A stretch of DNA of 63,511 nucleotides, counting the filler. It is 8 parts of 8 records of this genome, joined end to end, with 100 filler letters (N's around TTAATTAATTAA, not from the genome) between each part and the next. Parts side by side here need not be neighbours in the genome. Positions count along the whole stretch, not along the records: positions 8,399 to 35,723 come from SRR11831585_195; positions 35,824 to 38,458 come from SRR11831585_201; positions 38,559 to 42,029 come from SRR11831585_204; 5 more parts are not named here. One strand, written 5' to 3'. Positions 29,809 through 41,600 of the stretch are shown one piece after another; position 1 is the first letter of the stretch; every line of letters begins with the position of its first letter. A model generated the notes under the pieces. It searched no databases, had not been told where the DNA came from, and was given only the letters and a program-made list of their open reading frames with translations. A program made the position numbers and the translations under genes.

Positions 29809-30267
29809 TTATAGAGACAAGTCCTGCAGTCGCTCCGATAAGTCTCCGGTAGCCAACTGCTCTGCGTCGATATCTTCCTTGACCTGTTGATGCCAGGTTG
29901 TTTCATCCCACAGCTCAAACTTGTTGAACTGTCCAACCAGCATCACTTCTTTTGTCAGCCCGGCATGTTGCCGCAGTACTGGCGCGATTAACAATCGACC
30001 TGCGCCATCCATCTGACATTCGCTGGCATGACCTAACAGTAGGCGCTGCACACGGCGCTCAACCGGGTTCATGCTCGACAGACGCGATAATTTTTGCTCG
30101 ATAATTTCCCATTCAGGCAGGGGGTAAAGCAGCAGGCACGGGTGATAAATGTCAATGGTGCAAACCATTTGACCGGCAGCGTTCTCAAGCAGCTGTTCCC
30201 GATAACGGGTAGGCACTGATAAGCGCCCTTTGCTGTCGAGATTGACTAACGTTGCTCCCCGGAACAT
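29809..30267 (-). CDS. mraZ: Division/cell wall cluster repressor MraZ
   Basis: 152 aa with two DxxGR SpoVT/AbrB repeats. Confidence 0.98.
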
Positions 30268-30285
30268 GCCAGCCTCACCCCTTAT

Positions 30286-30312
30286 TCCCACTTTGCCCCA
30301 CAATTTCCCACT
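30286..30312 (-). promoter_or_regulatory. MraZ binding repeats in the dcw (Pmra) leader
   Basis: Minus strand gtgggaaattgtggggcaaagtggga: three TGGGN boxes at a 10-bp period. Confidence 0.8.
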
Positions 30313-30821
30313 GAAAGGAGTTTACGGAGCTGAGGAAAAGCTTGTCAAGCCAGTCACAAGGCATACCGAGGTAAAAACCCGATGTTTACGGCTAATATCA
30401 GCGTTGTTTATTTTACGTCCAACGTGCGAAGCAAATTAACGTTATGAATAGCTGTAAGAAAAAATCCCTCATCGTCATCACCGTTTTAAAATGACTCACT
30501 ATTTTCCACAGCAAATATAAAGTGTCAGTTTGCGACGCGAGCGGCATTTTAGGACATATCTTCCCCGGTTAACAGTCCTTGTTACGTCTGTGTGGCGCTT
30601 GATGCCAGCGGGTTTGCGCAAAAGCAAAGAAAAGTGTTTGTTAAATCGGCAATTCATCGCCGCATGTAACAAAATAATGCAAAAACGCGCTGTCGATATC
30701 ACTTAATTATTGTGAATTTCAGCTGGTGAGTTAATTAACGGGCGGGTTTAAAAGCATTTATCAATAATAGTCAGGAATAGTCTTATTTACTTTAAGCATA
30801 TTGATGTCCAGTCCCGTACTC

Positions 30822-30858
30822 TACGCGCCAGAGGGAAATTCACCTGGCGCGTATTTTT
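30822..30858. terminator. Hairpin downstream of cra
   Basis: tacgcgccag...ctggcgcgta inverted repeat next to an A/T tract. Confidence 0.6.
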
Positions 30859-30867
30859 GTTCGCGGC

Positions 30868-31872
30868 TTAGCTACGGCTGAGCACGCCGCGGCGATAGAG
30901 ATTACGTTTAATGCGCGTTAAACCAGGTTTTGGCTTACGCGGTTCGTCCAGGCTTGCCAGGACAATCTCCAGCACACGCTCTGCGACATCGCGGTGACGT
31001 TGAGCCACTGCCAGCACCGGACACTGTAAGAAGTCGAGCAGTTCGTTATCGCCAAAGGTGGCAATTGCCAGGTCAGAAGGCAGTTTGCCGTCGCGACGCA
31101 GCGTGACATCCATCACTCCTTGCAACAACGCAAACGACGTTGTGAACAGCGCCTGCGGCATCGGATGCGTTTCCAGCCATTTTTCGAATAACTGGGCAGC
31201 CGCCTCCCGCTCATAGCTGTTGGCATACAGGAAATGCACTTCGCGCGGATCATCTTTCCAGGCAGTACGGAAACCTTGTTCACGCAGGAAGCTGACAGAA
31301 AGCTCCGGTAGCGCACCAAGATAAAGCATCGTCTCGGCGGGAAACTTACGTAACTCTTCCGCCAGCATTTCGGCATCATCCTGATCGGCACCAACCACGC
31401 TGGTGAAGTGTTCACGATCGAGGGCGCGGTCCAGCGCGACAATCGGGAACGGGTCGTTAGCCCAGCGTTGATAAAAAGGATGCTCAGGAGGCAACGACGT
31501 CGAAACAATAATGGCATCAACCTGACGCTGTAAAAGGTGCTCAATGCACCGCATTTCGTTGTCTGGCTGATCTTCTGAGCAGGCAATCAGCAGTTGATAA
31601 CCCCGTTGCCGCGCCTGGCGTTCAAGATAGTTAGCGATGCGGGTATAGCTGGTGTTCTCCAGATCGGGGATCACAAGACCAATAGAACGTGTGCGTCCAG
31701 CACGAAGCCCAGCTGCCACGGCGTTCGGGTGGTAATTGTGCTCACGCACCACAGCCATGACTTTTTCAACGGTTTTGTCGCTCACACGGTATTGCTTCGC
31801 TTTGCCGTTAATAACATAGCTTGCAGTGGTCCGCGACACTCCCGCCAGCCGAGCGATTTCATCCAGTTTCAC
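30868..31872 (-). CDS. cra: Catabolite repressor/activator (FruR), LacI family
   Basis: 334 aa; [23 protein letters not shown] helix-turn-helix. Confidence 0.98.
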   Translation of the reverse strand: MKLDEIARLAGVSRTTASYVINGKAKQYRVSDKTVEKVMAVVREHNYHPNAVAAGLRAGRTRSIGLVIPDLENTSYTRIANYLERQARQRGYQLLIACSEDQPDNEMRCIEHLLQRQVDAIIVSTSLPPEHPFYQRWANDPFPIVALDRALDREHFTSVVGADQDDAEMLAEELRKFPAETMLYLGALPELSVSFLREQGFRTAWKDDPREVHFLYANSYEREAAAQLFEKWLETHPMPQALFTTSFALLQGVMDVTLRRDGKLPSDLAIATFGDNELLDFLQCPVLAVAQRHRDVAERVLEIVLASLDEPRKPKPGLTRIKRNLYRRGVLSRS

Positions 31873-31998
31873 AATTGCCCCTTGCGTAAAATGTAAAAAC
31901 CATAGCCATTGTACTGGTATGGGTTAAATTCATTAACATCTAAGCGCAGAAAATTAACTGCGGCAACTGCTTTTATTCCAGGTTCCCACTGATTTCGC

Positions 31999-32028
31999 AA
32001 AAAAAGCCCAACGTGACATGTTGGGCTG
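31999..32028 (-). terminator. Intrinsic terminator after ilvH
   Basis: Minus strand cagcccaac-atgtcac-gttgggct followed by a U-tract. Confidence 0.75.
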
Positions 32029-32051
32029 TAAATTGCGCATTGAGATCATTC

Positions 32052-32543
32052 TCAACGCATTATTTTATCGCCGCGCGAAAGTCCGACCACACCAGAGCGA
32101 GCAACCTCCACAATTTTCGCCACATCGCGAATCGATGCTAAAAATGCATCAAGCTTACCGCTGGTGCCTGCTAATTGAACGGTATAAAGCGAGGGTGTGA
32201 CATCGATAATTTGCCCACGGAATATTTCCGTATTACGTTTCACTTCGTCACGCCCGTAACCGCTGGCCTGAATTTTCACCAGCATGATTTCCCGCTCAAC
32301 ATGCGCGCCCTGCCCCAACTCACTCACGCGCAAGACATCGACCAGTTTGTGTAATTGCTTTTCGATCTGCTCAAGTACTTTTTCATCGCCCACGGTCTGG
32401 ATGGTCATACGCGATAATGTCGGATCGTCGGTTGGCGCAACGGTCAGGCTTTCAATGTTGTAGCCACGCTGGGAAAAAAGGCCAATCACGCGGGATAACG
32501 CGCCTGATTCATTTTCGAGTAAGACTGATAATATCCGGCGCAT
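32052..32543 (-). CDS. ilvH: Acetolactate synthase III small subunit
   Basis: [22 protein letters not shown] domain; 163 aa. Confidence 0.97.
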
Positions 32544-32545
32544 AA

Positions 32546-34270
32546 TCAGGTTCTCTCCGTTTTGCTTAACCACATTTCATCCATTCCGCCCCCGCGAATC
32601 TGCATCGGGTAGACGTGCTCGCTGCCATCGACGGTAACATCAACAAACACCAGGCGATTATTGCGCACCTGTTCCAGCGCCTCGCTAAGTTTGCTTTCCA
32701 GCTCATGCGGATGAGAAATCTGGATCCCGACATGCCCATAGGCTTCCGCCAGACGGACGAAATCGGGTAGCGATTGCATATAAGATTGTGAATGACGGCC
32801 GGAATAGATCATGTCCTGCCACTGCTTCACCATCCCCAGATAGCGGTTATTGAGATTCACCACCAGTACGGGCAACTCGTATTGCAACGCGGTAGACAGT
32901 TCCTGGATGTTCATCTGAATACTGCCGTCGCCAGTGACGCAAACCACGGTTTCTTCTGGCAACGCCATTTTGACGCCCAGTGCCGCAGGTAAACCAAAAC
33001 CCATCGTGCCGAGGCCACCGGAATTGATCCAGCGACGCGGTTTGTCGAATGGATAATAAAGTGCAGCAAACATCTGGTGCTGCCCGACATCGGACGTCAC
33101 GTAAGCGTCTCCCTTCGTCAACCGCCAAAGAGTCTCGATCACCGCCTGCGGTTTAATCTTTTCACTGTGAGTGTCATATTTCAGGCACTGACGAGCGCGC
33201 CACTGTTCAATTTGCTGCCACCAGTCGCGGATCTCATCCAGTGGTTGATGGGCGGATTCTTGCGACAAGAGTTCAAGCATTTGTTCGAGGACCTGGCGAG
33301 CATCCCCCACAATCGGGATATCCGCAGTCACGGTTTTAGAAATGGAAGTAGGATCAATATCGATATGCAGAACAGTGGCATTTGGGCAGTACTTTGCCAG
33401 ATTGTTCGTCGTTCGGTCATCAAATCGTACCCCGACGGCGAAAATCACATCCGCGTTATGCATCGTCATATTGGCTTCGTAGGTACCGTGCATTCCCAGC
33501 ATGCCCAGTGCCTGACGATGCGTTGCCGGAAACGCCCCCAGCCCCATCAATGAGCAAACAACGGGCAGATTCAACGCCTCCACCGTTTCTTTCAACTGCT
33601 GATGGCAGCCCGCCGTGATTGCCCCACCGCCTACGTAGACAACCGGTTTTTTTGCCGCTACCAGCGTTTGCAGAGCACGCTTAATTTGCCCTTTATGTCC
33701 GGTAGTAGTGGGATTGTAAGAACGCATACTGACCGACTCCGGCCAGACATAGGGTAATTTGTTCGCCGGATTAAGAATATCTTTCGGTAAATCAACGACT
33801 ACTGGTCCTGGGCGACCACTTGCCGCCAGCCAGAAAGCCTTTTTCAGCACCTGCGGAATGTCTTCCGTTTGCTTAACCAGAAAACTGTGTTTAACCACCG
33901 GTCGCGAAATCCCCACCATGTCGCACTCCTGAAAGGCATCGTAACCTATCAACGAGGTCGCTACCTGCCCGGAAAGGACAACTAATGGAATGGAATCCAT
34001 ATAAGCGGTGGCGATGCCAGTAATCGCATTGGTCGCCCCTGGACCCGACGTTACCAGCACGACGCCGACTTCCCCGGTCGCGCGCGCCAGGCCATCGGCC
34101 ATATGCACCGCCGCCTGCTCATGACGAACTAATACATGATCAATACCACCCACGGTATGCAATGCATCATAAATATCAAGGACTGCGCCTCCGGGATAAC
34201 CGAATACTTGTTTAACGCCCTGATCGATAAGCGATCGGACGACCATCTCGGCTCCAGACAACATCTCCAT
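32546..34270 (-). CDS. ilvI: Acetolactate synthase III large subunit
   Basis: [18 protein letters not shown] ThDP-binding motif; 574 aa from MEMLSG. Confidence 0.97.
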   Translation of the reverse strand: MEMLSGAEMVVRSLIDQGVKQVFGYPGGAVLDIYDALHTVGGIDHVLVRHEQAAVHMADGLARATGEVGVVLVTSGPGATNAITGIATAYMDSIPLVVLSGQVATSLIGYDAFQECDMVGISRPVVKHSFLVKQTEDIPQVLKKAFWLAASGRPGPVVVDLPKDILNPANKLPYVWPESVSMRSYNPTTTGHKGQIKRALQTLVAAKKPVVYVGGGAITAGCHQQLKETVEALNLPVVCSLMGLGAFPATHRQALGMLGMHGTYEANMTMHNADVIFAVGVRFDDRTTNNLAKYCPNATVLHIDIDPTSISKTVTADIPIVGDARQVLEQMLELLSQESAHQPLDEIRDWWQQIEQWRARQCLKYDTHSEKIKPQAVIETLWRLTKGDAYVTSDVGQHQMFAALYYPFDKPRRWINSGGLGTMGFGLPAALGVKMALPEETVVCVTGDGSIQMNIQELSTALQYELPVLVVNLNNRYLGMVKQWQDMIYSGRHSQSYMQSLPDFVRLAEAYGHVGIQISHPHELESKLSEALEQVRNNRLVFVDVTVDGSEHVYPMQIRGGGMDEMWLSKTERT

Positions 34271-34587
34271 GGCCTGCCTCACTGTTTGACGGAAAAAATG
34301 TGTAAAACACATTAACCGTCCGATCTTGCTTAAGCAATTGGCAGCCAGAGACATAAACACGGGGTAATAAGAATAAACAGGAGGAAAGGTGAAAAGAAAC
34401 GATAAAATCCTCCATTACAGAGGATTAAATTGATAATAAATCGGCTGAATCCCACAACTTACAGCAATTTCTCTATTTTTTTAATTAATCCTAAAATAGA
34501 GAGCCCACACATTCAGAATAAAATTCTACATTCAATAAAAAATGCAGAATAAACCAGACATTCATGTCTGACCTATTCTGCAATCAG

Positions 34588-35532
34588 TTAGCGTTTGCAA
34601 ATTGAGACTAATTGCTCTTCCATCCACTGATGGCCTTTATCGCGCCCGGCAGCTTCATGCCAGGAGAGATAACAGGTTCTGCTGTTTTGTTTTAACGGCA
34701 GCGGTAATACCTGTAATTCTAAGGATTCAGCGAACTCTTCAGCCAGCCAACGCGGCGCAATAGCGACCAAATGCGTTTGCGACACCACGCTAAGTACGCT
34801 CATCATTGCCATGCCCTGATACGCGATACTGGCTTGCTTATCTACCGTGTCATACCAAGGTTGACTAAATGACGCGAAACGATCGAGCGAAACCGCCGCA
34901 TGTTGTTCGTTATAAACATCATGTTTCAGTAACGGGCCCTTAATTGTTGGATGATTTTTGCTGGCTACCAGCACCATTTCATCTTTAAATAATGGTACGC
35001 TGGTAAATTCAGGACGATGGAAGTCTTCATAACTAATCACAAACTCCGTTTCCTGATAACGCAGCTGATGTTCAGTGTTCTGATTTAATGAAGACTTGAA
35101 CATAACATGTATATTTGGCGCAATCTGCTCAATGTGATTATAAATCTGCGAGGTCAGAATGCTGTCTAACGGGCTGCAAACACAAAGATGAAATACACGT
35201 TCACTGCTCGCGGGTTCAAAACCTGAACCAGGCAATTCATTTTGTACTAGTTGCAATGCCTGACGAACTGAACCAAAAAGTTGAAATGCGCGAGCAGTCG
35301 GTTGAATACCACGGCCATAACGAACAAAAAGCTCGTCATTAAACATCACCTTCAGGCGTGCAACAGCGTTACTGACCGCAGGTTGCGACATTCCCAGAAC
35401 ATGAGCGGCACGAGTAATGTTTTGCTCCTGCATCACGGCATCGAAAACGGTTAATAAGTTGAGATCGACCATGCGTAGCTGTGGTTTGCTTAACTCCGCC
35501 GTCTCTGGATGATCTGTTTGTACCTCTGGCAT
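34588..35532 (-). CDS. leuO: LysR-family regulator LeuO
   Basis: [36 protein letters not shown] helix-turn-helix; AT-rich upstream region. Confidence 0.96.
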   Translation of the reverse strand: MPEVQTDHPETAELSKPQLRMVDLNLLTVFDAVMQEQNITRAAHVLGMSQPAVSNAVARLKVMFNDELFVRYGRGIQPTARAFQLFGSVRQALQLVQNELPGSGFEPASSERVFHLCVCSPLDSILTSQIYNHIEQIAPNIHVMFKSSLNQNTEHQLRYQETEFVISYEDFHRPEFTSVPLFKDEMVLVASKNHPTIKGPLLKHDVYNEQHAAVSLDRFASFSQPWYDTVDKQASIAYQGMAMMSVLSVVSQTHLVAIAPRWLAEEFAESLELQVLPLPLKQNSRTCYLSWHEAAGRDKGHQWMEEQLVSICKR

Positions 35533-35723
35533 ACTTAACTCCACTGTCACACTTAACTCCCTTTCCCTTATTGGAATGCAGAGAAATAATCCTGAAGAAT
35601 ATGATTTATCATGCATATAAAATAAGAAAAAGCAAAATGAGTAAAATTCGGAAAACATAAAGATACGGGTTCTGATAAAAACAGAATCCATTGCCGTGGA
35701 ATGAGTCATTTACCACAGCATAA

Positions 35724-35823
35724 NNNNNNNNNNNNNNNNNNNNNNNNNNNNNNNNNNNNNNNNNNNNTTAATTAATTAANNNNNNNNNNNNNNNNNNNNN
35801 NNNNNNNNNNNNNNNNNNNNNNN
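35724..35823. other. Artificial contig spacer
   Basis: 44 N + TTAATTAATTAA + 44 N. Confidence 0.99.
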
Positions 35824-37706
35824 AAATTGGCGCACGCCTTCAAAGCTATAGTGATCCCAATCAGGTTGAATTCTATACTTCGGGCCGCACTTCCAATGAA
35901 GCTGCCTTTCTTTATCAGCTTTTTGCCCGTGAATACGGGAGCAATAACTTTCCCGACTGCTCCAACATGTGCCATGAACCGACAAGCGTGGGTTTGGCAG
36001 CGAGTATCGGTGTAGGTAAAGGGACCGTGTTGCTGGAAGACTTTGAGAAGTGCGATTTAGTCATTTGCATTGGGCATAACCCTGGTACAAACCACCCTCG
36101 CATGCTGACTTCGTTGCGCGCTTTAGTGAAACGGGGAGCGAAAATGATCGCCATCAATCCTCTACAGGAACGTGGCCTGGAGCGATTTACCGCACCGCAA
36201 AACCCGTTTGAAATGCTGACGAACTCTGAGACTCAGTTGGCCAGTGCCTACTATAACGTGCGCATTGGTGGCGATATGGCGTTGCTCAAGGGGATGATGC
36301 GCCTGTTAATTGAGCGCGATGATGCTGCAAGCGCCGCAGGTCGGCCTTCATTGCTTGATGACGAGTTTATTCAAACGCATACCGTCGGCTTTGACGAGCT
36401 ACGCCGTGACGTTCTCAATTCCGAGTGGAAAGATATCGAACGTATTTCTGGACTAAGTCAGACACAAATCGCCGAACTGGCTGACGCATATGCCGCTGCC
36501 GAACGCACCATTATCTGTTACGGAATGGGGATCACTCAGCACGAACATGGTACCCAGAACGTACAGCAACTGGTCAATCTGCTGTTGATGAAAGGTAACA
36601 TTGGCAAGCCTGGTGCGGGTATCTGCCCACTACGTGGACACTCTAATGTACAGGGCGACCGAACCGTCGGTATCACCGAGAAACCGTCTGCAGAGTTTCT
36701 GGCTCGTCTGGGTGAGCGCTATGGCTTCACCCCACCTCATGCACCTGGACATGCTGCAATTGCCAGCATGCAAGCAATATGTACGGGGCAGGCTCGAGCA
36801 TTGATCTGCATGGGGGGCAATTTTGCGCTGGCAATGCCAGATCGGGAAGCGAGCGCTGTACCGTTAACGCAATTAGATTTGGCGGTACACGTAGCCACTA
36901 AGCTTAACCGCTCTCATCTGTTGACCGCACGGCATAGCTATATTCTGCCGGTCCTGGGACGTAGCGAGATTGACATGCAAAAAAACGGTGCGCAGGCGGT
37001 AACCGTTGAGGATTCAATGTCGATGATTCATGCCTCGCGTGGCGTGTTAAAACCCGCCGGTGTAATGCTGAAATCAGAGTGTGCAGTGGTCGCGGGAATC
37101 GCGCAGGCAGCACTACCCCAGAGCGTGGTAGCCTGGGAGTATCTGGTGGAAGATTATGATCGCATTCGCAATGACATTGAAGCTGTGCTGCCAGAGTTCG
37201 CCGACTATAACCAGCGCATCCGTCATCCCGGTGGTTTTCACCTGATAAATGCAGCTGCTGAAAGGCGCTGGATGACGCCGTCAGGTAAGGCTAATTTCAT
37301 TACCAGCAAAGGGCTGTTAGAAGATCCCTCTTCAGCGTTTAACAGTAAGCTGGTCATGGCGACAGTACGCAGCCACGATCAGTACAACACGACGATTTAT
37401 GGTATGGATGATCGCTATCGAGGGGTATTCGGTCAACGAGATGTGGTCTTTATGAGTGCTAAACAAGCTAAAATTTGCCGTGTAAAAAACGGCGAAAGAG
37501 TTAATCTTATTGCGCTTACGCCAGACGGTAAGCGCAGCTCACGCCGCATGGATAGATTAAAAGTGGTCATTTACCCTATGGCTGACCGCTCACTGGTGAC
37601 CTATTTTCCAGAATCGAATCACATGCTAACACTTGATAACCACGATCCATTAAGTGGCATTCCTGGCTATAAAAGTATTCCGGTTGAATTAGAACCATCA
37701 AATTAA
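35824..37706 (+). CDS. ydeP: Molybdopterin oxidoreductase YdeP (acid resistance), 5' truncated
   Basis: Frame open from contig start ([12 protein letters not shown]...PDCSNMCHE); [19 protein letters not shown]; followed by safA-ydeO. Confidence 0.93.
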
Positions 37707-37718
37707 TGCCTCTTCTCA

Positions 37719-37752
37719 TTTCTTCTGCTGTCATCCGCACAGCAGAAGAATT
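37719..37752. terminator. Hairpin downstream of ydeP
   Basis: ttcttctgctg...cagcagaagaa inverted repeat. Confidence 0.55.
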
Positions 37753-37824
37753 CCTCATTGACTATTATTTCGCAATTTGCTCACATGGATTAAATTAAAC
37801 TACATACTATAAGATATAAACTTC

Positions 37825-37842
37825 TGCCTACAGCTGTAAGAA
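37825..37842. promoter_or_regulatory. EvgA box upstream of safA-ydeO
   Basis: TGCCTACAGCTGTAAGAA fits the 18-bp TTCYTACA-N2-TGTARGAA inverted repeat. Confidence 0.75.
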
Positions 37843-37953
37843 ACTCCGCTCAGTACTGAAGCACCAGTCCTATTTCCTCTTTTCTCCAGCCTGTTATATT
37901 AAGCATACTGATTAACGATTTTTAACGTTATCCGCTAAATAAACATATTTGAA

Positions 37954-38150
37954 ATGCATGCGACCACAGTGAAAAACAAATCACGCAAAGAGACAACTAT
38001 AAAGAAATCATGTCTGCAATTGTGGTTGTCTTATTACTGACACTTACGTTGATAGCCATTTTTTCGGCAATTGATCAGCTGAGTATTTCAGAAATGGGTC
38101 GCATTGCAAGAGATCTTACACATTTCATTATCAATAGTTTGCAAGGCTGA
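37954..38150 (+). CDS. safA: Two-component connector SafA (B1500), with an apparent 1-bp deletion near 37978-37980
   Basis: MHATTVKNK, then in the other frame TQRDNYKEIMSAIVVVLLLTLTLIAIFSAIDQLSISEMGRIARDLTHFIINSLQG*; span 197 nt, one short of 198. Confidence 0.85.
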
Positions 38151-38224
38151 AAACAAACAGCAAATTATAAATATGAAATGTTAAAAAAGTATCGATAAAA
38201 ACTTTATTGTTTTAAGGAGATAAA

Positions 38225-38458
38225 ATGTCGCTCGTTTGTTCTGTTATATTTATTCATCATGCCTTCAACGCTAACATTTTAGATAAAGATTACGCCTTCT
38301 CTGACGGCGAGATCCTGATGGTAGATAACGCTGTTCGTACGCATTTTGAACCTTATGAGCGGCATTTTAAAGAGATCGGATTTACTGAAAATACCATTAA
38401 AAATATCTACAATGCACTAACATCCAGACAGTGACGGTGCCTGTTCCTGCGAAGTTTT
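38225..38458 (+). CDS. ydeO: AraC-family regulator YdeO, 3' truncated, with an apparent 1-bp deletion in the A-run at 38399-38403
   Basis: MSLVCSVIFIHHAFNANILDKDY N-terminus; the downstream YLQCTNIQTVTVPVPAKF continues in another frame. Confidence 0.88.
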
Positions 38459-38558
38459 NNNNNNNNNNNNNNNNNNNNNNNNNNNNNNNNNNNNNNNNNN
38501 NNTTAATTAATTAANNNNNNNNNNNNNNNNNNNNNNNNNNNNNNNNNNNNNNNNNNNN
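38459..38558. other. Artificial contig spacer
   Basis: 44 N + TTAATTAATTAA + 44 N. Confidence 0.99.
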
Positions 38559-38642
38559 AAAGAGTACACGTTGCTGTCGGGTTGTGCCATGTTTCGCAGA
38601 TGTATACGGAACTAGACTGCAAACTGATGGCTTTGTGTACAG

Positions 38643-41600
38643 GGCTCTCAGACGTGTGATAAGCTCTACGACAACCACCGAGGCACAGACACCACGCGTC
38701 AATGGCTGGGAGGAAATGGTGCTGGTTATGCAAGTGTGACGCTGGACTTGGGGTCTGTCATGAATATCGCACGAGTGGTATGTGCGCACAGCCAGTTGAG
38801 GTTTTTGGTGTTGAATGGAGTCTACGTCCTGCGTACTGTAGTCGAGTAGCAAGTATAGTGTTATTGTGGTGGGATAACGTTGTGTGTGCAGGTGCTCTAC
38901 CAATACAACTCAGCGCAACCGTATGGCATGGCACAGGTATGAACTCTTCCATGTTGGTGCCACCGTCCTCTATGATATTCTTCTTTCTTACCTCGTTCTT
39001 TCTCATGCACAGTATGTTCTGTATGGCACCACATCCGCGGGCACCCCCTACGAGAACGCCCTCACAGGCACCAACACGCTCTCAGCCCTGGACGGCTCCT
39101 CAGAAACACCTCTCGGAACACATGTTCTGACACGCAGCGCCACCTCTACTACAGGCACCGCCATTGAGTGTGTGCTGTGCAGCTCCGACAGCAGTTCCAT
39201 CGCAGCACTGTCCCCGCAGACAAGCATGGACAACTGTCAGTGTGTGTGGGGCAAAGCGAGGTGGCATGAACGGTGCGTCGTTGACAAAGTTCGTTCTCCT
39301 TGACGCGATTGCGTGCTCCTTTATTGCTGTGAGCAGGATTTGACCATGTATGTGCACAGCTGTTTGGGGCCTCTCCCTGCACCGGGGCTCTCTGCGGGCG
39401 GGATTCTAGCCGTGGGTACAAGTGTTAGCCCCACAGTCAACACGGATGTTACCGCCGAATTTGGTGCGCACGACTTCATGGCCACTGTGGATGCGTCGCT
39501 GATGTGATGATTCCTGTGTGTATAATGCAGATGACGCCGCTATTAATGTGCGCTACACGACGGATGGCAGCACACCCACAGCCTCCTCTGCTATTCTGAC
39601 CACGTACACGCCACCATCCCTTGCAACTACAACTGTGAAAGCAGTGGAGACACAAACCGGCAGACTGACAAGCGCGGTGACAACTGTGGGCTACACCATC
39701 TACGGGTCCCTTGCCACCACCGTCGAGCCGGCCACAGGCACCTACACCACTTCGGTCACACTCAGTACGTTGGGCACACCCAGAATTTGTCATCTCTAAC
39801 CTTGTCCTCCATGAGTTGCTGCTCTATGGATATGTCTCACGTGTTTGTGCGCCTTCCAGATATCACCTGTGCCATGTACCCGCCATCGTCCCAGCCTCTC
39901 ACCATCTACTACTCCACGGACGGCTCCGACCCCACTGTCGCGTCCCTTGTGTACTCGGGCAGCCCTGTACTGAGTGCCAGCAACGGTCTGACAGTGATCA
40001 CCGTGAAGGCCCTGTGTTCTGCGGTACGCCCAATTCTCATTTTTCTAATTTTTATTGTATGGTCGTCATACTCACCACCGATGTGCTTCCGTTCGCGCAC
40101 TGACTCTTTATTGTGTGTGCTGTGCAGCCATGGTACTTCAACAGCACCACAGCCACCACCACCTACACCATTCAGATGTACACGGAGCGTCCTGTCATCC
40201 ACCTCAATCAGACCTCTTACATGGATAACGGCGTTGTCAGCATGTCCTCAGCCACCTCAGGCGCCTCTATCTATTACAGTGTGGCTAACGGGCCCTCGAC
40301 TCTGTATACGGACACATTCTTGGTGCCGTGTGTGGGGCAGCTGTCCATCTGCAATGTCACACTCGATGCCACGGTACGAACGCTTAATGGACTGTCTTGA
40401 GTTGAGAATAACCGTTGTGGTAGGCCACCAAAACAAACTACCTGAACACCACCACCCGTTCATACGGTACTGTATTGGCATCGAAGTATATTCAGGTTCG
40501 TTCTGATGCAGTTTATTAGTTCTCATATTCAATGCCAAGCACATTCCCGCACTCTCGCCGTTTGGAGGAAGATACAGCCCATCAATATCGGTGACGATGA
40601 CAACGAGCCCAAACGCATCGTACGTTGCAAATATTGCACTATATAACCCGTTCCTTATAATCATGTATCTGATTATTATTTTAATTGCGTAATAGTGTTG
40701 CTCTGCGCTACACCACGGATGGTGCTCAACCAACTGCAAGTTCTCCATTATATTTTGGGACGCCTCTCAGTATTTCTTCAATTGGAAACAACACCATACG
40801 AGCCAGATACGAAGTCGTACGCTGTATTGCCATCGTGACACGACGTTATATAATCCCTACCCTTCGATGTAGATATTAGGCGGCACGATGTACCACTCTG
40901 ACGTTCAGACGGAGGTCTACATGCTGACGGGTACACTTCAGCTATTTGTTCTTCCAGTCAGCGGCGTGTATGAAGGGCGCGTCGATGTCAGTATCCGAAC
41001 ACGGCCTAATTTTCTTGTGATCTTGCAGTTCTATAATTTTTGAGTTTCCTTCACTTTTGTTTCAGATCTGACGTGCATCCAAAGCCATCCATCGGCGTAT
41101 CTTCCAACGATTTTATACAGCTTAAACGATTCAGTGAGTCCCAACAGCACGTACAGCTCCTACCCACTCACTCTGGCGTCACAAGGTGGCAATACGAACT
41201 ACAGCCTCACGGCTGTTTGCCGAGCGGTGCGCAGAACTATTGCATTTGGTCTAGTGATTGCTAATGCTGCGGATAACAGGAATTTTACAGCGATAGTGAC
41301 CAGAAGGCAGCACAGTACAGCCTGCTCGAGTATATCACAACACCTGTTATCACTTTGAATGAGACATACTACCTGGACAAAGCGATGGTCAACATTACGA
41401 CTGTGTCCGCGCCCGCGTCTATATACTACCGGGTTGACAGTGGATCAGACACTCTTTACATGAGTCTGTTTGAAATTCCCTGCTCGGGGACATTGTCGGT
41501 GTGCAATTTTACCATCACCGCGTGGGTACGCATCCTGTACGCACAGTGAAGTGTGTATTGATTTATTTATTTGTAGGCCAATCAAACCAACCACGTATCA

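Noticed and set aside
31954-32040. 28-codon minus-strand [31 protein letters not shown] (historical fruL) upstream of cra
   Set aside because: Overlaps the ilvH terminator; nothing in the sequence supports translation.
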